A DNA stretch of 54,097 bases from assembly GCA_018398765.1 (NCBI GenBank), contig JAHBMJ010000186.1:1-54097 (forward strand), written 5' to 3'. Numbering within the stretch: position 1 is the stretch's first letter; every line of letters starts with the position of its first letter. The notes below the pieces were generated by a model that did not search any database, was not told the origin of the DNA, and was given only the letters and a program-made list of their open reading frames with translations. Source of the stretch: Chromera velia (taxonomy: Eukaryota). Of the stretch, positions 1 to 13,086 are shown piece after piece. A program made the translations under genes and the position numbers.

Positions 1-176
<176 letters not shown>

Positions 177-179
177 CAG

Positions 180-2472
180 GAGGTGCCTGTACAGGTCGTC
201 TGACGTGCCGGAACCCGAACGTGCAGTGTGCGAGCCGGGACGAATCTTTCCGGGGCCTCTTCAGGGCGCCTCCAGGGAGGGTCCTGGTGGTGCATTTGGG
301 ACCGGAAGCGGGGCCGGGGGGCGGGTGGGGGTCAAAAAGCCATTTTTGTCCTCGTTGCTTCCATCCACCCACTCGACCGACCAAAGAATGGATGAATGGA
401 TGGATGGATGGATGCAGGTGGAGTTGAGGGTCCTCGCAGAGATCAGTGGGGACAGAAGAATGAGAGATGCCTTCGACAGGTCAGCGGGGAAGAAGGAGGG
501 GGGCAGCAAGTGAACTGCACTCACTCAGGCGTGGAAATCTGGCAGGCGTGAAAGGCGGTTTTTTTCTTCGTGTGGAGGGTGGGAAGGATAGGGCGAGGTG
601 ATTTTTTCTTTTGCTCTCCCGAGTTGTCTTTTCGCCTCCTTCTCCACAGGCGTAGTGTTCTAACTCCTCACACAGCACTTTCACCATCTTTCAGCATGGT
701 CATTTTCTCTCTGCCGTCTCTGCGTGTGTCTATGCATGCAGGGGTGCCGACCTCCACACGGTGACGGCAGCGTCTATTCTCTCGATTTCAGCAGACGAAG
801 TGGGTTGCTCGGATTTTGGCTGACACAAGCAGAAGAGAGGAAACAAGAAATCGACAGTCGAAGGAATGAAAGAAAAGCCCCACAGACAGAAGAAGTCTGC
901 AGAGGGAGGAGAGAGAATCGAAATCGCTGGACATTTTTTGCCGGAGGTCCTTGAGCTTTCAAAACGTGTCCCGCGTCGGCGTGCAACAAGGGGAGGGGCA
1001 TGCGTTTTTTTTTGTGCGTCCCTTCGCGCATTCGGAATGCAAAAGCCTGCATTTTGTTTTGTCTTTTTGAAATTCGCATCCCTCTGCCAAAAAAAGCGGA
1101 TCCATAGTCTCTTCGGTTGTCCTCTTCTTTCTCCTTTTCTTACTCTGCCACACTGAATTGAAATTGATCGTGTGCCTGTCTTGCTGCAGGTCTCTAAGCA
1201 ACAGAGACAAATCGCAAAGAGCGTCAACTTTGGTTTGGTCTACGGACAGGTGGGTTCCCTCTTTTCAATTCCACCTGCTGATCGACTCTTTGAGGCAATT
1301 CTGTTTCGACCTACCTGTATCTACGGTGGGAGTATGACCTTGACGGTGGGAGTATGATGCTTCTCTTCTGTTGCACGCCGCCCCTTTTGACTTCTCTCTT
1401 TTTTTTTGCTCCTCTTTCATTCGCTTTTCTCTCCGCATTTTTTTGCGTTTCTGCGGCCTTCGTCTAGTTGTTTTTTTTTTTTTTGCGTTTCTGCGGCGCT
1501 CCTTCAGTTGTTGTCGTACTTGGCAGGGCTTTGAGCGTACACAAGTTGCGGCGAATCTTGTTGTGTCCCCGTATGTGTGTGCAGTCCGTCGAGGGCCTCC
1601 GAAGGTTTGCGCTTTCGTCTTTCGGCGTTCAGCTTCGACAGGAAGAGGCAGCAGCTGCCGCAGAGGGCTTCTTCAAAGCATACCCCGGTCGGTTGATCTA
1701 AACCAGCACCCACAAAGCATCTGGCGGGGTGCGCTGGGGTGTGGTTTCTTGAGCACATTCAGACCGATTAGTCTGTCTTTACAGTGTCAAGGTGGAACAG
1801 AGACTCAGTGCTTCGCTGAAGCAGCAGATAAGAAAGAGGCGCCCATACATGAGGATGTCATGAGCACTTGAAACGAGCAGTTGGGTCGAATACGTGACAT
1901 GGTGGAGTCATGGGTGCTCTCCGCAAGTTTTCTGAGTACGCGCTTGGCTCTGTCACTCTTAGTCTGTCTGGTCACTTTCTTTCTGTGATTCAGTGTTGCT
2001 CTCCGTCTCTCTCACCGCTCTTCTTTCTGTGCAGGCGTGGCAGCATGGCAGAAAGAATGCCGAGAGCGGACAGGAGCGTGCGGATTCACGGAAACCCCAG
2101 GAGGGCGGAGGAGGACTTTCCAGAGGGAAGACAGGTGGTTGGCCCAGCAGGGGGGGGGGAAAGGACAGACACAGCAGCAGCAGCTCGGTCAGGGAGTACA
2201 GAGGGCAAGTGGTGGGCAGACAGCGAGGGTTGCGAGGGTGCAGACAGCTCAACAAATTCAGAGACGGGCGGGGGCAAACAGTGGAGGGCAGACGACTTCT
2301 GTGTTGTCTGGGAACTGGGCGTCTGAGAGCCTCAACTTTCCGATTCAGGTTGGGGGGGGTAGATTGAGGGGGATTAAGGGGAGAAGAGAAGAAAGGGGGT
2401 GCATGGGCCGGTCTCAGGCGTTCCTTCCAGTTGTCCGGGCATGGGTGTGCTCTCCTTTGTCCTCTTTTTGTC

Positions 2473-2511
<39 letters not shown>

Positions 2512-2930
2512 GCGCGCACGCGCGCGTGTGTGTGTGTGTAGTTGGTTGGCTGGAAGGAAGACCGACCCTCTTTATGTGAAGGCTCTAGGAGTACAAATTG
2601 CCCAACGAGCTTGACAGCAAGCAGGAACCAGAGAGACTCTCTAGGGAAATGAATTGCTGCTTCCCGAAAACTAAACTGACAGACCTTTTTGATTGATTGT
2701 CGGTTTGCGAAAGAAACAATTGTCCGTTTTCTTCTCCCACGGGGCTTGTGATTACGCTTAGTCGCCGAATATCCATGGTTTGTTTGTTTGTTTGTTTCTT
2801 TGCTTGCTTGCTTGATGTGCAGGGGGGGGCTGCCGAGGTGATGATGACCTGTTTGGCACTCCTGTGGTCAGCCGCCGCGTGTGTGTCGTTTTTTTTTTTT
2901 TTTTCTTTCTTTTCTTTCTTTCTTTCTTTC

Positions 2931-2961
<31 letters not shown>

Positions 2962-5847
2962 TCCTTTCTTTCTTTCTTTCTTTCTTTCTTTTCTTTCTTT
3001 CTTTGTCTTTATCCCTCCGCATGCTTATCTGGTTCGATTTCCTTGCAAGCACGCTAACCTTTCAGCGATTGTTTTTGCGGTGCATGTCTGCGCTAAACGA
3101 AATGTGTTGCAGCAGAGAAAGAATGAATGAATCAGTGAGTGAAGAAGGTCGGCCAGGCGGAAAGGTCTGGCGGCTATCCTTTTAGTCAAAAAGGCCCTTT
3201 TTGCTCTGTTTTTCCTGTTTTCCAGAATTCCCTTTTCTGACAGCTTTTCTCTCCATCTCCCTCCCTCTGTCTGTGTGTGTGTGTGTGTGTGTGTAGTCCC
3301 TACTTACACTCCCGTGCTCTTTGCAGGAGGAGGATGACCAATCTGTTCGAACCCGAAGAGGAAAAGGAAGAGGAAGAGGACGACGGAGAAAGCGCTTCCC
3401 TCCCTCAACCCGCAGGTGCCCCCTCTGAAGCATCCCATGACTCCAACGGTCGTGCCCCTCCCTTCGGAGAACATCAAACCACAGCAGATGGCTTCAGAAT
3501 GAATACATCGTTCCGCCGCCGCTCTGCAGGCCGTCCCCTTGCACTGCAAAGTCTGTTTGCTGATAGCAGTCAGTCTCAAGATGTGAGGAGTGAAGGAGAA
3601 GGGGACGGAGGCACGGAGACAGACTTCGGCTTCAGACTGCTGCGGCATTCGAGGCGGAGCGATGCGGAGAAAATGGTTGCAATGGGCGGATGGACAGGCC
3701 CGTCGCCCTCAGAGGCACGTGCGGGGAGATTCCGTAATACTGACCACTCTGTCAGCGGAAAGGCGCCAGCGCAGTGGGGAAAGGGTGGGGGAGGGGTACC
3801 GGGCCTCTTTAAGAGCACGGTTGGGGGAGGGGTGAGACGCACACGGAGTGCCGAGGGTAGCAGTCCGTGCGTCTCCCTCTCCTCGAGGTCGCCTCCCCCG
3901 CGCCGTCTCCGTCTCTTCAGTGACAATTCTGCCGATTCGGGACCGCCCCCTGGGGGGAGAGATTCCAATTTTCTCCCGGGGGGTATGTCGAGACCCCGTG
4001 CGAGATTTCTGCCCACCGAAAAGGGCTTGAATGATCCTGGAGGTCGTGAGATCTTCTTGAATCTGGGTCCTGATGACGATGCAGAGGGAGAGAAAGGGAG
4101 TGTGTTTGCAGTGGGTCCTAGACGACATTGGGGTGGAAGTGTACAGAGAGGGGCGGGTGGGTGTGCGGACGTGGACCCTCCTGTTGGTGGGAGAGGGTTT
4201 GTAGAAAAGGAGCAAGCATCAGTAGACGGAGAAATTTTGGCATCTGGTGGGACTGAGGAGATGGGTGGAGGAATCAACTTCCTGAATAGAGGGAGAATGT
4301 CAAGGGGGGCTGGCCAATCTGTATCTTCGTCCCCGTTTCAAATCGGAAGAGGGAGTCGATTCTTTAGTGAAGGATCGCAAGTGTGGGAAGGGAAGGGGGC
4401 AGAAGGATTGGATTTTGTTGGTGGCACCAAGTCTCTTGGATGGGGATTAGGAGGACCGGGAACGGAAGAGGGCCCCGGATGGAGACCTGGGCATGCCGGG
4501 GCCCGTGATGGGGGTGGATTTCCGTGGTTGAGGAAGGGAATGGAGAGGGAAAATGGGGACGTGGAAGAATGCGATGCAAGTGTGTGTGAGAGAAGCACAA
4601 CGCTCTCCTTCCTTCCCCCTCGTTCACGCTGCCCTTCTGTTTTCTCGCATCAGTGTTCTCGCCCACCCCCCTCAGTTTTCTCTGGTAGGCGCACGATTTT
4701 CGGAGACGGCGGAGACGGCAGAACTGTCTTTGGGGACGGTTCAGAGAGGCGGGTTGCCGTTAGTTCAGAGGATTGGGGGGCAAGGGATTTCGGGACAGAA
4801 TTTTCCTACGCAGGGTCCCTGCAGAAGAAGTCTGGATTTGCGTTTTGTTCCTCGACAGCAGGGGGGGAATTCAAACTCTCTCGTCCGTTAGTCTTCTGTG
4901 ACCGCGGAGACGCAGGGGAAGACAGTAACTCCCTGTACACAAAGGAGGAAGACAGGGAGTCACAAGAAGGGGGAGATCAGAGTGTCTTTGGAGGAACTGA
5001 GCAGGTAGGGGAAACGTTGACAAACCGTCCCAGAGGCCATCCTGCCGCTTTCCTGCCTCTCAACTCCTTCAGGGATTCTGCCCCTTGGGCAGAGAGAGGG
5101 GCGAAGGAAAGGGATGTCGCGGTAGAGAGAGAGAGAAGAGCCAGGCTGCCCAAATTTTTGTGGCAGGAGCGTGACAGCCACACACAAGCAGCAGGGCCTT
5201 CTCAGTTCCGCACACAAACGCATCCTTCCTCCTCAGAAACTGATGGCCGTCGGGCTGTTGCAGCGACCTCAGTGACGTTCCCTGCGGCCCCAGTGCCTGC
5301 TGCCGCGGCCCCTGTGAAGAGGAAAGTCAACTTCTCCCCCCACGGTCGTTGGATTCTCGTGGGTGTCGTGCACGACGAATTTCTTCTTGAAGTCCCCCAA
5401 GAGGACGTACAGGCAGCCTCTGACCTCCTTCGAGAATGTGAGTGAGCGCGTGCGTCAGTCATTTGGTAGAAGAATCAGTCGAGTGAAAGAAAGATGAACT
5501 TCTCTATGCCTGTGTGCCAGTGCGTGTCTCAGAATGAAGACAAGAGGAATGCGACGACCCTGTGCTGTGAGAATGCTGTGAACGTTGCGTGTTTCTTTGT
5601 GTGGCTCGTGTTGTGCGTTAGCCTGTTTTCGTATGCGGCTGAAGAGTGGAAGGTGAAAGCTTGCCTTTGTACTATTTGCCTGTTTTCGCTCTTCCACTGA
5701 TCACCTCTTACGGCTTCCCCCCCTCCTGCGTGACGAACTGCAGGCATGGAGGCTGCCTGGGTCCAGTGCTTTCCCCGCACAGGAAGGGCCCCGGCAGGCC
5801 TCGCGGAGGTGAACGTCGGACAGACGTGGGGAGACGCAAAGTCGTGA
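180..5847 (+). CDS. Family A DNA polymerase, C-terminal polymerase domain (5'-truncated by the window), PREX/Aquificae-like. Exons 180-289, 418-479, 742-799, 1190-1249, 1585-1687, 2035-2348, 2823-2866, 3327-5437, 5744-5847
   Basis: The spliced translation gives GACTGRLTCRNPNVQ..FRAPPGRVLV|VELRVLAEISGD..DLHTVTA..RQIAKSVNFGLVYGQ (motif B)..GLRRFALSSFGVQL..FFKAYPGV..LNFPIQGGAAEVM..VHDEFLLEV (motif C)..VNVGQTWGDAKS*. All junctions are GT-AG and in phase. AEISGD, DLHTVTA and GLRRFAxxxFGV resemble the PREX/Aquifex subgroup. Confidence 0.9.
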
Positions 5848-6919
5848 TTAATGAGTCAATAGATCGCGCGAGTGGGTCGATCAGCGATCGGGAGGCCGGA
5901 AGCCTTGCACCCAGATAGGATGGAATGCATGTTTTTACCGGTGGAGCACGAATCAAGATGCTGCGGATAGGAGGTTGTAAATAGAAAAAAGGGCTGGATT
6001 GCTGGAACGCTGCTAGTGATTGATTTCAAAAAGAAAATTTGGAGTGCATATCGTTTCTAAACAAGTTTTTTATCATCATTTGAATATACTTAATCATTTC
6101 TAAGATTTCTGAAATAAAAAACTTCATTAAGGTGGGTTATCAAAGTTTATTTTAAAGGCTGTAAACTTAGGAAAAAATAAGAAAAACGTAGAAAAGCATG
6201 ACTATTGAAATAATTTTTTAATCTATGCGTTTAGTGTTTCTTTTTTCATTCTATTTCATTCATAAGTCTATAATCGATTATATTCTTTCATTTAAAGACA
6301 CCTTAGACGCATAGAAACACTGCTTCAAACACATTTTTAACTTTGCATTATATGCATTTCGTAGCATGTCATTTGTATCAGAATGACTAGTCTTGTCAAT
6401 TTTGTCTTGTCACATCGTAACGACGTCGTATTGATTGTTGGAGTGCTTGCGCATGGAGCCGCCTGGCTGCCGCCAGGTTGGGAACCGCCGCGTACCGCGC
6501 CGCGACTCCGACCGCGTACCTTCGCGATCGCAGGCGGAAGTTTAGAAGCGTGCGTCGCCGCGATGTCGCCGCGGCCTAGCATGTGTCAAGCAGACTGAGC
6601 ATTCATGAGCTCACAGATGCTCAGATGACCTTTGACAATCGTTGACATTTTTTGACCGGAATTCGAACGACCGAAGTTCATCAACCGGATCGACCTGCTG
6701 GACTCTGACAGTGAGCACTTCATAGAGTCGGTCTTCCGGACGTTTTTGTATGGGATCTTACCATTCGCGTGGGCTTCGGCACGATCGTGTTTTAAAGTTG
6801 TCCAGGCTGGCTGTCCGGAGACGCCTACTTTATATCTTTCAAGTGCCTGCTTGGGACTCGGAGCGTCCGTAGTCTCTCTGACAATCGATTGATCAGCAAA
6901 GAAATCTGCAAAGGAAGCA

Positions 6920-7298
6920 ATGGGGGGGTCTTCGTCATCACACCAGGGTGTCCTGATGAGCCCCGAAGAATTCGACTGGGAGACGCACCCTCTGAACTCA
7001 GTGGCGCTACCAGTTGTCAGTCGGAGTCAGATCTTTCCTTTGATTCGCTTCTGCGGGGGGGGGGAAGGAGACAGGTGCCTACAGATAGACGTAGGCACGT
7101 GGACGCGTACCCGCACAAGCCAGAGAGCCCGACTCAATTCGTAAGGCGTGCCGGTATCTGCAGTGCCCCTGCCCCGCCCGTCTCCTATCTCTGTTGCCGT
7201 CTCCAACAAGATGTGATCGAGTGGTGTGGAATTCAAGGGACAGCCGCCTCCTCTCATCCCCCCATCCTGCCTCCCTCTCCCTCTGGCTCTCTTTCTCT

Positions 7299-7340
<42 letters not shown>

Positions 7341-9559
7341 GTGTATGTGTATGTGTCTTTCTGCAGGGAGGCGCCTGTGTGTATGTTCTTCTAATAGGAG
7401 TTATCGAGTGGGTGGTTGGGAAGCTCTCTCCGCTTCCCTCTGCGTGGCTGAGCCTCATGACGGCAGTGCAGGCAGGTCAGTCAGTCAGATACTTTCAGGG
7501 GTAAATGAAGAATGAACCGACACATACGTTGCTTTCGGAGGCTCCATTATAAATAGCTGCGCTGCGGCGAGCTGTGGTCTGCGGCTGTTATGCGCTTCAG
7601 GACGCCAAGAAGGATTTTGGAAAAGGGGCGCATGGCTTCGTCTGCTGCCCGCAATGCAGAAGAAATGGGTGAGCGCCTTGTCTTTTTCCGAATCGACTTC
7701 TCGGAGGCCAAAAAATGTACACAACTGATCTGCATGCCTCACTGCAGTGCACAACCTATGGATGAGTGCCTTGTCACTTGGGCTATTGGTGTACACGCTT
7801 GTTGAGGTTTGGAGTCGAGTCAAAGCAGAGGGGGGGGAGTGGGAATGGATCCTGTGTGAGAGGGAGGAGACAGAGACAAACGGCCCTCTGTTCTACGTCG
7901 TGTTCCTCTTCTACTTATCAAAGTTTGTCGAGTTTTTTGATACATATGCACAGGTCAGGAATTCAAAGTGGACATGCAGAGCAAAAGTTGTACTCTCCTC
8001 TTGTCTGTATCCTTCCTGCATCGTACTCCTTATTCGTCTCCACAAAGCCGTTGCTGACTGCGTGCGTCCCTTTTTGTTTTCTTGTCAGGTGTCTCCTCCG
8101 CCTCGCGTGATGGGGACCACTTCTCCTGATTACGCACGCTTCAAATCTTTCCGTCGCTTTTATGTATGCAGTGCTCCATTCATTTTTGTGCCCACTTCCA
8201 CTTTTGTTCCTTTTGTTTCTTCAACACAATGAACGAAGGAATGAATGAATGAATGAATGCAGCTGCTGAAGGGAAGGCGGATCCCCGCCTTCCGATTTCA
8301 CGTCATTCACCACGCTCTGACGGCGCTCATGTGCTGGAACTGGTTGACCTTCAAGCAGTCTCTGCAGGTGATCCGCCAAGTGAAGTGACGCACACATCCA
8401 CCCATACTTTCCCTCCCTGTGTGTGTGTGTGTGTTCGCGCGCGCGCGCGCGCTTCACCAATTCTTTCCTTCTGTACAGCTCCCCTCCCTGCCAAGAATGC
8501 TCACTTTCTCTCCCGCGTTTGTTTTCTTTCTTTCACTCATTCATTTATTCATTCATTTTTTCACTCACTCCCTCGTTTCTTCATTTTTTCTTTTCTTAGC
8601 TTCTTCGTATGATGCTGCGTGGCTGTGTCGAGAATCCAGCTTCTTCAGGGTGAAGTGTCACATTTCCTCATTGAAGTTTCCTTCTTCGCATCTGTTTCAT
8701 TGATTTGTTTCAGTTGCTCTCGTCCCTCAGTTTTCAAAAGCACGAAATTTGGCAGTCGTAAATTACATCCATTAATTTTGATTTCACATGTGCATGGATT
8801 CATGCATCAGAGAGAGAAAGCTAGGGTCCTCCTCATTGATTCATGCACCCGCGATCACACATGCAGTTCATCGGCATGGGTTTCAACGCCCTCGTCCACG
8901 TGGTGATGTACCTGTACTACTTCTTGGTGACAATCGGGAAGCCCCCCTGGTGGAAGAGGTCCGTTTGCATGTTGTCTCTCTCTCTGCCTCCATCGTGTGA
9001 GCATTAATTAATTCTCCTGTTCGATCAATCGTTGATGGATGCGCGTGTTTAATTCTTTGTGCCCGCTTGATTCTGTTCTGTTCGATTCAGGCTGATGACT
9101 GCATGATCGATCGATCGAGCTAGGTTCTGATTGTGCCATCCAGCATGCAACAAAATTCTCTCTCATCAGCCTAGCTGTGTTTATCTCTTCGTCGATCGAC
9201 CCTAGTTGGTCTGAATGATGTCCACACGAGCCGGTGTCTGACTGTTCTCTGTCTTTGTCTTCTTCCTTCCTTCCGTCCTTCCTTTCTTCCTTCCTTCCTT
9301 CCTCTTTTAATTGTGTCCATGCAGGCTCGTGACTCAGGTCCAGATCGTCCAGTTTGTAACGAGCTTCGTCTGTCTGGTTGCCTTCTACTATCTCTGGCTA
9401 GTCAAAGGCCGCGCCTGTGCTGGGCGAGGGTATGCAATGACATACAACGCTGCCTTCAATGCATTTCTTTTGTCGGGATTTCTTGGTATTGACAGCAGAA
9501 TTCGCAGTGGAGCGAAAACGGACAAGAAAAAGCAGGTCGTAGAGAAAAAAGGACGATGA
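6920..9559 (+). CDS. ELO/GNS1/SUR4 fatty acid elongase, 280 aa. Exons 6920-7015, 7367-7475, 7748-7953, 8263-8367, 8867-8958, 9325-9559
   Basis: Motifs VHN, FYLSKFVEFFDT, HVIHH (HxxHH), NALVHVVMYLYY, WWKR, TQVQIVQF, and C-terminal KKGR* (KKxx ER retrieval). The exons sum to 843 nt in frame. Confidence 0.95.
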
Positions 9560-9860
9560 CGATAGCAGAGTTTTGTCAACCATATTGCTGTTCCGTACAG
9601 CGGTCTGCAGTTACAGGTGGCAGCGGTTTCTTAATTCAAATAATAATGCTGTTAGGACTTTCGACTTTTCAATGACCGTACATAGATATTGTAGATTGCT
9701 TGACGTTGACAGACAGATTTAATTAACGCATGCAAAATTCAGCTGACTGAGCTGAGAACGCACTTAATAAAGTTTGATCTGTGAGCGCTAAGCTATAAAA
9801 ACGATATACATAGCCTGTGACTCAGAGAATGTAACAATAAATCGGCGGGGGGGCCCGGGG

Positions 9861-10251
9861 GGTGTTCTTTGTTAGTACCAGGTATTGTGCTATATCGTGC
9901 CAAGGGCATTGCCGTAGCACAGGTACCAAGGGTTATTAACTGCGGCTGGGAATAAATGGAGAGCTAGCTTAAGTTCTGAAACTAAACTTTTAAACTGAAG
10001 CGATCAAATACATGTTAAATCTAATGTTAATTTCAAAGGGTTAGTTAGTTAGTAATTGTTTGTTAGTTAGTTAGTTAGTTAGTTAGTAAGACTTTGTTAG
10101 AGGTAATGATCAGCCTGGGGGTTTCAGTTTCCTGCATAAGGACGAAAAGAAGGCCAAATTAAAAAGCAACCATTGAGGGTGTGTTCCTTTGCTAGTGCCG
10201 GGCGCATTGCCATGGTACAGGCACCAAAGAACACTGACGGCGACTAGGAGT
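9861..10251. repeat. Pair of degenerate ~70-90 bp direct repeats (9861-9953 and 10181-10251), probably transposon remnants
   Basis: GCATTGCCGTAGCACAGGTACCAAG vs GCATTGCCATGGTACAGGCACCAAA, with a shared upstream GTGTTC(C)TTTG(T/C)TAGT(A/G)CC. Confidence 0.6.
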
Positions 10252-10292
10252 TACTGTAAATAGAGAGTCTATAAGTTAATATTATTAAGTTC

Positions 10293-10504
10293 ATCTATGG
10301 GTCGGCGACTATTATAATAGTTATAATAGTGAACTATTTTAACTATTTTCCGATAGTCGTTTCATTTTTAACTATAAAATAGTAAGAATAGTTAACTATT
10401 TCAACTATTTTTTCTAGTTATAGTTTACTATTTTGACTATAAAATATAAAGATATAGCTATAGTTGCTATAGTCAACTATTTGTTGATGAACCGACTCAT
10501 AGAT
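10293..10504. mobile_element. MITE-like element, 212 bp
   Basis: 13-bp TIRs ATCTATGGGTCGG (10293-10305) and CCGACTCATAGAT (10492-10504; 1 mismatch). Direct GTTC flanks at 10289-10292 and 10505-10508. The AT-rich interior is built of ACTAT/ATAGT motifs. Confidence 0.7.
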
Positions 10505-11863
10505 GTTCTGACGTTAAACTGAACCGAATGCTAAGTTTATTTCGCTTTCCGGGCCATTTGTACGGAGTGCATCAGATTTTGTCATGTAAGCTAGGGCACG
10601 TACATAAAGCTATAGCAAATTTTATTATACTTTGCCCATTTTGTGGTGGTCCGCACAAGCAAAAAATTGAGCACAAGCAATTGTAGGGCCACGAGCTTGA
10701 CCAAGCTCAACTTATTTCATCACATGCATGCAAATTAAACTGCATGCATGCAATAATCAGATATACACAACTCTCCCAATCAGTGAGTTCAAAGGAATGC
10801 GTCTTCCTTCAGATGTCAAGTGGTGATTCTGCATGTTGCAAAGGCTCCATAAGTATAAAACAGACCCTGATGCATATAACAGAACCAAATTCTGTCAATT
10901 TTTTTTTTTAAATAAAGAACGATGAAGATAGACAGTAGGCAGGGCTGGTTTCATGGCTGGGCAAACTGACGAATGTCTTTTTTCCAATATTACAGCCCTG
11001 TCCATGACTTTGCCTATCCTGCCCTTTTGTTGAAAGAAAGGAAACGTAGAAGTAGGACAGAAGTTTTTGAAGCAATAGTTTCTGTTCCAATTCAATAGCT
11101 TGTCAGTTGGTTGCTTGAAAAGCTTGTTTATCAGCAGTTTGTCTCTTCCTTTTCTCTTCCTTCTCCTTCTGAAGTTCCCACACACCAAGACAAGAGCAGT
11201 CTTAGTTGTGAGCTGCGGGGGCACATCATCATAGGGAAAAAGCCTGTAAAAGCCTGCTGCTTCCCTCTTGCCATTCTGCGAGCAGTATGGACGTGTTTAG
11301 GTTTTTTTTTTAGAGGAATGGACGCAATGGAAGGGCCTGAAAAAGTTCAAAAGTGGATACTAGAGATCGAACCTGGAGGTTAATCACTTGGTCGATGTAC
11401 TGGATAGCAACCATCCCCACCGACTATGCAAATTGGACCTAGTCTCTATTCCCCAGCCACAGTGGCAGAGCCGATTTGACGCTATGTGCAAAGAAGCTGC
11501 AGTGTGCCGCCTAGTATGCGTGCTCTGTCATGAACGCCCGGGCTGCACAGCCTATGAATGGTCAGCCGGAAGTACCCCCCCTAGGCTAGTTTTTGTATGG
11601 AAAATTCAAAGTGGGCAAAGTGTGATGAAATATACGGTAGTGGAACATGCATGCAGGTCTGAGGCTGACCTTAATTTGATCGGACTCCCATGTCAGGCTG
11701 CATGTGTTTCGCGTTCCTTCGGAGAAAATAAAACTTCTTAAAGCGCACCGAAGTGGCTTTCCCTTTCGCATTGGGGTACAGCAGTGAACAGGAAGACAGG
11801 CGTCGAAATAGCTCCCCTCCCCCAAGTCTCTACGTGACCAGCGTTCAGGTCAAGCCGCCAAGG

Positions 11864-13039
11864 ATGCGGTGCCGTGAATGTCAGGTCGCTTGTAGTCGAC
11901 TCGTGTTCCTCCTTCTCCTACTCTTCAGCCCTCTCTTCCGAAGTGTTTCCGCTCTGACAGCTTCTTCAACATTTTCAGGAGAAAGTCACAGCGGGGTGAT
12001 CGACAGCCTGGGCGATCTGTGAGTTTGCTCTAGTACATGCATGTATGAATCAATATTATCCGACGCTTGGAAAACACCAGGTGGGCCAAATTTGCTCAAC
12101 GTCCTTGTGTTCAGGTACACATCGGGGAAGAACAACGATGGACAACTGGGCCTGGGGCATTCAACCGACCAGAGCGACTTTCAGCAAGTCCCAGGCCTCA
12201 GTAACATTGCTTCCGGGTGCGCTTGGGATCACACAGTTGTGATTGACACTTCCGGAAATTTATGGACATGGGGCAAAAACGCGGCTGGTCAACTGGGTAC
12301 AGGAAACACCGACTCCCAAAACTCGCCTCAGTCTATTTCAATAGACGCATTAGTGAGCGTGGGATGTGGAGACGAACACACAATCGGGTTGGCAACTGAC
12401 GGGAAAATTTGGAGTTGGGGAGAAGGGGGCTCAGGTCAGTCAAATGTGCTCAACCGCATCTCCACGTGCCTGTCTGCGCTGTAATATCGACCCCACCTGG
12501 TTGTGAGCATTCAAGCCTCTGTGCAACGTATTATCGACTTACTATGAATAAATTCCTCCGGTGGCAATTTACGGGGCTCTCTCAGTTATTGGCTTCTCAA
12601 TTTCTGTGTCTCTGATCTGTTTCGCATTGGTTCCTTCTTCCTTTTCCCGTCGTCGCACGTTTCTCGCATGATTGAACCATGCACAGGATTATCTTTTTCT
12701 GCTGTCCTCCAGATGTCGTTTGTATCTGCCGAGGCTGTTTCAATGCATGGGCCCGTCTACATGCATGACTCTCTGCCGCCTGCCTGCCTGCCCGTCCACA
12801 TGCATGACTCTCTGCCGCCTGCCTGCCTGCCCGTCCACATGCATGACTCTCTGCCGCCTGCCTGCCTGCCTGCCTGCCCGCATGCATGCATGCGTGCTTG
12901 CTGGCTGTCTTTCGGCCTTGGCCTTCTGCCCTAGGTGTTCTCCATCTTTGCCAGAAATAATTCAAGATAGGTCCTCCTTACGTGTTGACCCCTATACCTG
13001 TGAATGACCCCTTCCGTGTTTTTTTATATTTTTCGTTTC

Positions 13040-13086
<47 letters not shown>

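Noticed and set aside
3277..5445. 722-aa ORF as a stand-alone gene
   Set aside because: It has an acceptor at 3326 and a donor at 5438 and ends in polymerase motif C, so it is an internal exon.
10040..10090. (GTTA)n as a telomeric repeat
   Set aside because: It is a tetranucleotide microsatellite, not TTAGGG/TTTAGGG.
10181..10248. Hairpin followed by CTAG as a Helitron 3' end
   Set aside because: The next base is G rather than T, the hairpin is atypically long, and no 5' TC end was identified.
11329..11741. Short ORFs upstream of the receptor gene
   Set aside because: Interrupted by a stop, no recognisable motif and no convincing splice path. Possibly decayed sequence.
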